DNA of 62,871 nucleotides, filler included, from Bipalium vagum (taxonomy: Eukaryota): the NCBI GenBank assembly GCA_037834085.1. It is 3 parts of 3 records of this genome, joined end to end, with 100 filler letters (N's around TTAATTAATTAA, not from the genome) between each part and the next. Parts side by side here need not be neighbours in the genome. Positions count along the whole stretch, not along the records: positions 40,152 to 62,871 come from JBBMKC010217355.1; 2 more parts are not named here. One strand, written 5' to 3'. The notes beneath the pieces were generated by a model. The model ran no database searches and was not told the origin of the DNA. It saw nothing but the letters and a program-made list of their open reading frames with translations. Position numbers and translations under genes: made by a program. Shown piece by piece: positions 54,164 to 62,871 of the stretch. Position 1 is the stretch's first letter. Every line of letters starts with the position of its first letter.

Positions 54164-55389
54164 TGTTGGATATAATATAATTCCATGTAAAAAAGTTCCA
54201 TGTATTTGTTAAAATAATTCAAATATAACTTCACTAACCTTAAATTGCCAGATAAGAAAAAGAAGAGCTAATATTGTATTTGATTAAAAAACAGCTTATA
54301 ATAAACATAAAAACAGCCACATTAATAATTTATTAATCTATATTGATAGTAGGAATTTCTAAACCGTGTCTTAATATAGGTATTCTTTTCGTCTTAGCTA
54401 TTTCTGAAAAATAATGCATCTTAAATGATTCTATATGTTGGTTTAAGAGTAGTAACACATTTATTGCATAGATTAGTTTGTATAATCGATAATAACATTC
54501 GTTTAATCGTGAAATTAGACCTTTGGTCGTCGATGCACTTGCCTAATATTAAATTTAGCACATAGTGATGCGATTTTATTATTGTTAAATTCACCATCAT
54601 GGTCTATTTGTAACTCCTTTGGAATAAAGCAGCTATGAAACAAGTCTTGAAAATTTATAAAGATTTCATCAGCGGTTTTGTCATATATGGATATGGCCAG
54701 GCGAATTTAGTTCTGCAATCTATGATATTCAATATATATTGAAAACCAAAATTTTCGTCTGCAAACTCAAGCATGTAGGTAATGTCTGTTTGAAAGCGAT
54801 CTAATTTATTATTTATGATATTTGGAGTTGTCTGTTCAACGACAGTACTCACTGTTCTACAAGAACAAAAAATCGCTTGAAAATAAGCAATTTTTAACAT
54901 CTATTTGCTTAATATTATAAAACTTTTGTTTCAATTCCTCATAAATACCATTTATTCCTCTGTGTGAATATAAATGAATATCTTGAATACATGGAATCTT
55001 TCTTTCTTCGTTAAGATCTTCAATATATTGTAAAGGTCAGTGCTTTGGTGTATTGATGAAGATACGGTTGTTTATTATAACCATTTTTTTTCATAAATAC
55101 TTTTTCTCAGATATTTTATTTAAGTGTGACAACGATCCCTCTTTTAAGTAATTTAAAATTTATATTTATATTCTTCTTATATGTATATTCTTCTTTGTTT
55201 TTAATTTTAAGATTAGTCGGCATTTTTACTCTAAAATGTAAATAAAATAATCAAATTATCAAAATCATCAAATAAACATAATTAAATAATTATTAAAACT
55301 TAAAATTATTTAAGGTTAATGAAGTTATATTTGAATTATTTAAACAAATACATGGAACTTTATTATTTGGAATTATATTATATACAACA
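54164..55389 (-). mobile_element. Ginger/GIN-like DNA transposon (retroviral-type integrase, TGT...ACA TIRs), defective
   Basis: 82-bp TIRs (54164-54245 and 55308-55389, 6 mismatches). Integrase remnants HIHRGINGIYEEL, CSCRT, RFQTDITYM...FQYILNIIDCRTKFAW and PKELQIDHDGEFNN. Confidence 0.8.
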
Positions 55390-56039
55390 GCAGGACTTTT
55401 GTCCTTTGTAAAATATATTATGATAAAAAGATTTCATATAAATTTCTACTTTTTTAATTTTTCATGTTTACATAAACAATGAAAAATAGAATTTCATAAA
55501 TTTTTAACTCTTGAATGAATTCTATAGATTTAATATTACCACTAATTTTTCTACACTAAGTATTTTTCATCAGAATTGTAGTCTAAGTAAGTGAACCCTG
55601 TTGTTTCAAATCCTATTTCGTAAAAATATTATGTCCGTTCATTTATAACTTCTAACAGATGTTTTCTGTAAAGGTTTTCCATCAACCATAAAATAATCTA
55701 TTTAAGTATTATACCAACTGAAAACATGATAATTATTTGTTGATACAAAATTTATAATATTATTAATTGTGCGTTCATTTTTGTCTGCAACTAATATTAT
55801 TGTAACTTGGTTTAAAATTTTTTTTTTAAATCATTTCGGATAAAAGTATTTTTTTACTTTATTTTTTTTATTTATAAACTCATTTTAAAAATAAAGAAAT
55901 TTAAGATAAATAAAATTATCTTTAATTTTTTAATTTTAACTTTTCAAAAATAACATTTTACCTCTTCTAAAATATTTTGAAATACTTGACTAAAGTAAAA
56001 GATAAACTTTGGTTGCTCATTTGTCGACATTTGTGGTTC

Positions 56040-56422
56040 CACATTACTCTTCTATTAAAAGTTTCCATAAAACAAAGATAGTTAATTGTCCACAATAATC
56101 TAATTCTGTTTCACTTGCTCTTTTAATTTATCAAGTGGAGATAAACTACATAAATTAAAGTAACAGTTTTTATAATATACAATGAACCCCTTTTGACTTA
56201 TTTTTTGATAATTAATAATCAGAGTTTTTCAGATTTTATTCTTTTTTCAGTAATCTCATATTTCTTTAAAACTTTTAAAAGGATTTCTAAATCTTCAGCA
56301 GTACCTATTAAATCAAAATTCGTAGTAACATCAATTCTATATTTACAGAAATAGTGAAGCAAAATTTCACCACAAACCGAAGGCAATTTTAAAATTGTAT
56401 TGGTTTTTTTAAACTGAGACAT
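56040..56422 (-). pseudogene. Polinton relic: adenain-type cysteine protease
   Basis: TTNFDLIGTAEDLEI (resembling LSNFDLxxxAxxLxI), EKL+IINYQK, KGVHC (resembling GTHWV), CYFNL (resembling YFDSFG) and YCGQLTIFVF (catalytic CG). Confidence 0.6.
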
Positions 56423-56639
56423 TTTTAGAATTTAAATTTAGAAAAATATTTATTTTCTTTTATAAGAGTCAAAATATAAACCATTTCATTGTTTTATAAT
56501 CTTAATTTTATACTTACGTAATTTTTAAAATAATTTTTAATTCTTTTCCTTCAGATTTATCTTAATTGTCATATTCTAAACTTTTTAAATTGAGTCTCTT
56601 TATCCTTTTCCAAAAAATGGATCAAAATATAATACATTT

Positions 56640-56910
56640 CCTTTATGGAAGGTCAAAGTATAAGCCTGCCCCAGTTGTTACTTCTGAAGCTTTGCTTACC
56701 GAAGGTGTTAGAGCCAAAGATTTGTTTCTAAGAACTTCGCTAGCTTTTCGTTTCATTTTTCAATTTCAATTTCCAACTTCCTTTTTTCTAAATCTGTTTT
56801 TTGAACTTCTTTTATTTTTTGTACAACTGTAGCAATTCCAATTGCTACTCCACCAGCTTCTTCACCTAAAAAATTACCTTTAAGATTGAAATGAACTCCT
56901 TTTTTCATCG
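56640..56910 (-). pseudogene. Polinton relic: small core-like protein upstream of the protease
   Basis: MKKGVHFNLKGNFLGEEAGGVAIGIATVVQKIKE and VTTGAGLYFD resemble the GGFL...AGG..GIA..V...GxGLYL protein of Polintons/adintoviruses. Confidence 0.5.
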
Positions 56911-57094
56911 ATTTGATCTACTTAGTCTCTTATTTCGCTTATTATATTTTAAGATAAATAATATTTTCACTATTTAATGTAATTTATTTTGGTCTTCCTG
57001 TTTCTGAAATGTTTTTTTTAATTTTTCTTCAGTTACTTGATTCGTTTTTAAAGAAAACAATTTTGTTATGATTAAAAATATTATTTAATAAGTC

Positions 57095-57361
57095 TTACAT
57101 CACCGTCATTTTCACTAGATTTCGGATTTTAATTTGTTCCGCTCGTTGCGATCCACGCTTTCTGGGAAGTGGTTTAGTTCCGAAAGAAGACCTTCAAAAA
57201 TGAAGTGACTTCTTCAAAAGAACAAGAATTTTTTTCGTGGAATCTATTCGTTCGTCATATTAGTAAATAGAAAATAATTTTATTAAATTTTATTAAATAA
57301 AAATTTTTAAAAATGTCCTTTTTTTTAAAAAAAAGCCTGAATCATACTAATACACCTAATA
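57095..57361 (+). mobile_element. mariner 3' fragment with right TIR
   Basis: SDFNLFRSLRSTLSGK; TIR-like end atacacctaa followed by TA. Confidence 0.6.
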
Positions 57362-57599
57362 AATAAAAAAATATTATATTTGAACTTTACTATTTTAATT
57401 AAACAAAAAATATTTATCCATTGAAAATGAAACATTTCTTATTCGAAAGACCACTATCCGGTTTCTACAATAAAGTTTCAACAGATTTGTTATAGGTGTC
57501 TTCATTTACGAGATATTAAGGTTTTTAAGTTTTTATAATTAAATATGATATTTCTGTTAGATCTTTGTGTGTAGTTTAATATTTCTTCAACAAAATTTT

Positions 57600-58490
57600 A
57601 ATAAGTACATGATATCCGGTAAAAAACGAACCCTGGTGATTATGATGAAAGTTACATGTAACAATAGTAAGCGTTTCGGTTAAAAATAAAATTATTGATA
57701 AATTGAACATTTATGTAATAATATCGTAGTTTTGTTTTGTTACATTTTCAAGACATGGTTACAATAAAATGGTTTTTCTGTGAAGAAGACAAAATCGCAC
57801 TAAAATTTTTGAGATAGAACAAGCATTGTTCAAAAAGATTTATGAAAGAATTTCCCGACAAGGATTGGATATTAGGACTAAATGCTCTTATAAGAAAAAT
57901 TAATCGAACATGATCCTGTAATCATCGCAAGGGTAGCCTTTAGACCCAGAACTACAAGGAAAACAAATATATCAAAACAGTTGAAGACCTTATTTTAGGA
58001 AATGATTAACTACCTTAAATATATAAAAAAGTACGACAAATCACCCGAGATATTGGAATTTCCAAATCTGTAGTGCATGAAATTGTGAAATTCGACCTTT
58101 GTCTAAAATTTTTCAAAAATTGCAAATCAATCCAATAACAGTAGCCAATAAAGAAGCACGACTTGAGCGTTCAAAGAGACTGTTATCCCGCTATCCTACT
58201 CACATGGTAAATTTCATTCGGTTCACTAGCGAAAAGTTGTTTACCATTGCTACTCCAAAGTAAAATAAAAATGATCGCCTTTTGCTGCCCATATTATACG
58301 AAAAAAAAACAATACCACCTGATCGTTTGCGTAGTCCTCACCCGTCATTTAGTAAGTCACTAATGATTTCTGTGGGCTTATCTGTTCTTGGTAAAACGCT
58401 GATACATTTCATTGAACCAGGTGTTAAAATAAATGGAGTTTATTATCGGTAATCATTATTGTTGAAAAAATTGTTATCTTATTTTTGACA
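57600..58490 (+). mobile_element. Decayed maT/DD37D-like transposon, 3' truncated
   Basis: EEDKIALKFLR, FMKEFPDKDW, RQITRDIGISKSVVHEIVKFDL, RLERSKRLLSRYP..VNFIRFTSEKLFTI and SLMISVGLSVLGKTLIHFIEPGVKINGVYY. Confidence 0.75.
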
Positions 58491-59746
58491 ATATATTGTG
58501 AATTATATTGTGAAATGTATTATAATAATTGTTAATAACTTATACATTACTTTTTAACAATAAATCCATTTATTACAAGTGAACAATTAAAATCATTTTC
58601 CAAAAAATAGAAATTGAAAATAAAACATTCGAAAATAAAATAAAATCTTTATAAACATGTTCAGTCTTTTAAATGAATCTTGTGTTGAACATTATGAATT
58701 ATTTAATAAATCAGTAAAATCATCAATTGAAAATTTCAATAAATTTCTTGATCGATTATCCATTCTTGAAATTTGCTTTTTTTCTTAAAGAAATTAATTT
58801 TTTTTGAAATCTCCAATTTTTTAAACATTTGACTTATTTTAATTTAATTTTTTCAATAATTTTCATAATTTTTTAAATTGATGTAAATATTTCAAAAAAA
58901 TAATAACCTAATACTGTTCAAATTTAATTCTATCTTTTTATTTTATCACCAAATAATAACTTTATAATCTAGATTTTCTATTTTGTATTTATATATAATT
59001 TTCATGCATATTATTATACGTATCATAATTAATATTTTCATAACTAAATTTAAATTCAAGGCTACTTTTCTTTTAAAAAAAATAAAATCAATTCCCTTAA
59101 ATCTTTCTCAAAATCGATAAATAAATTTAGAACCTGAGCTTAATTTTACCAATTTGAAATTATTTTTATTGATAAAAATGAATGTATAAAATTTGAATTT
59201 TTTGAATTAGGAATAAAATCTCAATTGTGAAATTCTCCAATGATTTCTTTTACTTTTTCTGTAAAATAAACGGAGTGAAAATTTTTATATTCATTTTGAA
59301 AAACTTTAAAAACTTTTTTCAATTTGTTAAAAACGACTGATTTTTCTTATTTTCTCCTGTGAAACGGAAAAATTCTATATCATCTTTTTTAAACTTTATG
59401 ATTTTGAAAAATCCAAGGGTTTATTAATACGAGGGTTTATTAATTACTGAGGCTTTTAAAAACCTTTAAAAATCCATAAAAATACCAAACAACCACAAAA
59501 TCATACTAAAATAAACAAAAATTGACAGAAGAAAATCCGCAAAATCATTTTAAAAAACAAACCAAAATCTTCAAAACATAAAATATATATTTCAAAATAT
59601 AATGGTTCAAATTTTTATTGGTTTTTCAATAAAATATATAAATCAATTATAATAATTCAATAAAATCACTTTCATTATTTCTAGAAAATATAACTTTGTC
59701 AGAAAATGGTTATGATTTCAGTGCACTAAACATATCGTGGGTAATT

Positions 59747-61828
59747 TTAGTTCAGCTTTCTTTCCCTACTCCGAAAGCATAGAATTAGAAATCCAGCAAT
59801 TCGGAAAGCAAATGTTAAGCCGATGAGCATTGAAATATCCAAAGTCCTATTCGAAAAACTAAAATTATGAAAGGTGATAACGTCTTCACCAGTCCTGTAA
59901 CATGAATCTCCATAGATGGGATCGCATTCAATTTCTTTAACATTGCCCCATTGATTCAACATCATCACTTCATACCCATATCTGTGCCACGAAAGGTACT
60001 TGAGCCAACTCAGATAAGAGGGCAAACTAGCATCGTTAAGTAAATATCCACCAAAGTACATCATCACTATTCTCACCAACGGTGCAATAGTGAGAACGAT
60101 GTCCAGTCTGGTGAAAATCAGGGCAATAAACGTTATATTTATACTATAAGAATATTGATAAAGAGCAATAATAACAAAACTGAACATGAAAAATTCAGCA
60201 ACTCCCATATAGAGGCCAACACAAAAATAAATCATTATTATTGTCGTTATTGATGTAGTTACAAAAATGGGAATTTCTGATATATTCAAAGCTATAAAGT
60301 ATGATCCCGATCTAATCATACCATTCTGATGTTCACGGAAATAATACTTGAGACTGGTGACAAACGAATTAAGCTGAAGAACGGTAAGAAATGTTACATT
60401 CGTTATAAGATTGAATAAAACTCCATTGATGTTGTTTATTCCCACCTGGTCATATTTCTGTTGAAAATAAAATATCGACATAATCAAAGTGGAAATGAAA
60501 TTTTGAAAATATCTCGCCACAAAAAGCTTGGGATCTCTCACTTGGTCCAGACATTGTTTCCAAGTCTGAATCTTGATCTCGTCCCAGTACGATGCTTTGA
60601 AAGCCGTCAAGTTTTTCAGCTGATTTGGTATATCTTGCGATTCGTTTTCACTGAATGCATTATTGATGTCAAGTATTTCCTTTTTAAGAAACCCATATTC
60701 TGAAGTGTCCTTAAATTTTCTGGCCATATAAATTATTTTAGCACGACAATTAGCTTCATGGTTCGGCTTGATGGCCATCGTGTGGATATAATGGTCGGCA
60801 GGATTGTAATTATCGGCACATGGGAAACCAATATCGCCGAAAAAATCCAGTGCATGTTCTCGATTGCCTTGAAATATTAATCTTCCTTCGGCTAGCAAGT
60901 ATATTTCGTTGAATTTTTCGAAAATATGAGAAGACGGCTGATGAATGGTACACAGAATGCATTTGCCTTTTTTGGCAAGATCGGCTAAGATTGTTATAAC
61001 TTTATTTGCCATTTCCGAATCCAGTCCCGTAGTGGGTTCGTCAAGAAACAAAATCGGCGGATCCACTAACAATTCACAAGCTATGGATAGTAGTTTCTTT
61101 TCACTTCCTGCCAAACCTTGAATCTTATGCGATGATGAGTTGATGAAATCATTTTCCACCAGTTTTAATCCTAGTTCATGTATTAACTGATCCACTCTGT
61201 TGACTTTTTGTTCTTTTGAATATTTACTACCCATTCTCAAGACTGCATTGTACAGCAAATATTCTCGTACTTTTAATCGACCCCAAAAAACATCCAGCTG
61301 TTGAACATAGGCAGATATACTTTTAATGTTGGAATGCATCACATATCCATTGACTTTCACTTCACCGTCTACTCTCAGGTTTCCCAAATTTCTACAAGTG
61401 ATAATATTTAACAATGTTGATTTTCCGGCTCCACTTGCTCCCATAATACCCGTCAATTTGCCGCTTCGGATAACGCCACTGACATCAAATAAAAGCTGCT
61501 TAAACAGCCCGGTCTCTTTCACGCCTCCAAAAAAGCTCTTACCGTATTCAGGGGCATAGCAATTGATTTCAGACCAGCTCACTGTGACATGTTTGAAATC
61601 GAAGCTGTCACCTCGTCTCATGTAATTCGCATTGTTTTCCATCGAATATCGATCAGTGATACTCTCGATATAATTTCTTGATTCACGATTCCTTTCCGGA
61701 GCAGCTTGGTAAGTGCCATAATCTGTGCTGTAGTGAATGGAGGACGAAGAATAGTCACTTGGATCTTTGAAATCGTATACATCGCTGTCAAGTAGGGGTA
61801 TGGATTCCGTTTTTAAATTAGACTTCAT
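59747..61828 (-). CDS. white: White-type ABCG half transporter (693 aa from ATG at 61828), intronless
   Basis: Walker A GASGAGKST, Q-loop YVQQ, signature LAGSEKK, Walker B LFLDEPTTGLD, H-loop TIHQP, CADNYNPADHY, multiple C-terminal TM segments and WLKYLSWHRYGYEVMMLNQW, typical of White/Scarlet proteins. Confidence 0.9.
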   Translation of the reverse strand: MKSNLKTESIPLLDSDVYDFKDPSDYSSSSIHYSTDYGTYQAAPERNRESRNYIESITDRYSMENNANYMRRGDSFDFKHVTVSWSEINCYAPEYGKSFFGGVKETGLFKQLLFDVSGVIRSGKLTGIMGASGAGKSTLLNIITCRNLGNLRVDGEVKVNGYVMHSNIKSISAYVQQLDVFWGRLKVREYLLYNAVLRMGSKYSKEQKVNRVDQLIHELGLKLVENDFINSSSHKIQGLAGSEKKLLSIACELLVDPPILFLDEPTTGLDSEMANKVITILADLAKKGKCILCTIHQPSSHIFEKFNEIYLLAEGRLIFQGNREHALDFFGDIGFPCADNYNPADHYIHTMAIKPNHEANCRAKIIYMARKFKDTSEYGFLKKEILDINNAFSENESQDIPNQLKNLTAFKASYWDEIKIQTWKQCLDQVRDPKLFVARYFQNFISTLIMSIFYFQQKYDQVGINNINGVLFNLITNVTFLTVLQLNSFVTSLKYYFREHQNGMIRSGSYFIALNISEIPIFVTTSITTIIMIYFCVGLYMGVAEFFMFSFVIIALYQYSYSINITFIALIFTRLDIVLTIAPLVRIVMMYFGGYLLNDASLPSYLSWLKYLSWHRYGYEVMMLNQWGNVKEIECDPIYGDSCYRTGEDVITFHNFSFSNRTLDISMLIGLTFAFRIAGFLILCFRSRERKLN

Positions 61829-62741
61829 TTTATTAGCATAATTTATCAAAATAGTAAAATGGTTATAAATGATAAAGTTCAAGATTCATTGTTCAGTGCT
61901 CATGTTACAAAATTAATTCAACAACGTTTTTCATCAAGATTAATTTGATCAACGATTTAAAAATTTGATAAAATCTCATTATGAAGGTCAAAATAAATAG
62001 TTTTTTATTCATGGTCTGTGGAAAAGGCCATATATGAATGACAAATATAAATACATTTTACTTTTACGTATTACTTTTTGGTAGAACCCTCTGAACATGT
62101 TAAGCACCCTTGTGAAAAATTAATTATAGTTATTGGGGCTTCAAAGTGGATCTTACTTTCTATCTGATAGATATAATGAACAATTGTATTGTACAGACGT
62201 CCTTACAAAAAACCAATATTATTGAATTATACAATTTTGTGCCTACCTCATTAAGGATATTCATGAAATATAATAACAATTTTTGTAAGAAAATATCAAC
62301 TCAAAATAATTTATTTTTATTTTTGTAAACTTAAAAAACGAATCTAAAAAAATATGAAGAGTATAAATTAATTAAATTTGATAAAATGTTATTTATATTA
62401 TTGATTTTATTACTTTTTAATTATCTATTTAATTTTACTAATTGACTTGAAATCATTATAGATCTATTTAAATAATTATTTCTTTACTTTCATTCAATAA
62501 TAATAAGTAGACCGAACAATGGATTTCTAACGATTAGAAATAAAAACTTTTTCTTTTTTTAATTTTACAGCAAATTTTTTTTTAAAAACATTGACACGGG
62601 TAAAAGCTTATATTTTACAAGTATATATCCCCAGTCAATCCGGAGAATTTTAATATTATATAAATCAATTTCAAAAATTTATATGTACAAATTTAATAAT
62701 TATAAAGATCGATTTCAAAATCAAATCAAAATTTTCTTATA

Positions 62742-62801
62742 TAGAGTGGTCATCCGAAAACCGGGAAATTTCAAAAAAAATTTATATTTACAACAAATAT
62801 A
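62742..62801. mobile_element. Terminal inverted repeat of the same DD37D family as 20569-21877, interrupted
   Basis: gtggtcatccgaaaaccgggaaatttcaaaaaaaatttatatttacaacaaatata is near-identical to 20574-20627. Confidence 0.85.
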
Positions 62802-62871
62802 CAGGGTGCGTGCGATATTTTCGGAATAAATTTGAACGTTAAATACAATGTTATTTTAATTTTGTCATTAA
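62802..62871. mobile_element. Start of a second Tc1/mariner-type element inserted at a TA
   Basis: TA|CAGGGTG terminus begins exactly where homology to the first TIR stops. Confidence 0.55.

Noticed and set aside
1-62871. CRISPR arrays, tRNA or rRNA genes, prokaryotic operons
   Set aside because: No regularly spaced repeat-spacer array, cloverleaf or rRNA-length conserved sequence was seen; the window is eukaryotic.

Overview
Very AT-rich eukaryotic (metazoan) DNA with short GT-AG introns and dense transposon debris. Composition and repeat content suggest an invertebrate such as a planarian flatworm (inference only). Four host genes are supported. (1) A dystroglycan-like gene whose second exon is absent from the ORF track (12324-12882, +, first two exons). 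(2) Cytospin/SPECC1-like (two exons, -, coiled coil plus CH domain; last exon not found). (3) HEATR1/UTP10 (-, two short introns hidden in the long ORF). (4) An intronless White-type ABCG half transporter with a degenerate signature motif (-). The rest is mostly decayed mobile DNA: many mariners (DD34D), maT-like (DD37D) and rosa-like (DD41D) elements, an internally deleted Ty3/gypsy, three related hairpin-rich LTRs (one solo LTR nested in another), and a pogo-type MITE. There is also a Ginger-like integrase transposon with 82-bp TIRs and an unusual 16-bp flanking duplication of a hairpin target. Scattered relics of a Polinton/Maverick (adintovirus-like) element cover major capsid, adenain protease, core-like protein, PLA2 and integrase. 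Two 100-bp gaps carry an artificial TTAATTAATTAA linker, so contiguity across them is uncertain. All family calls come from by-eye motif recognition, not database searches.
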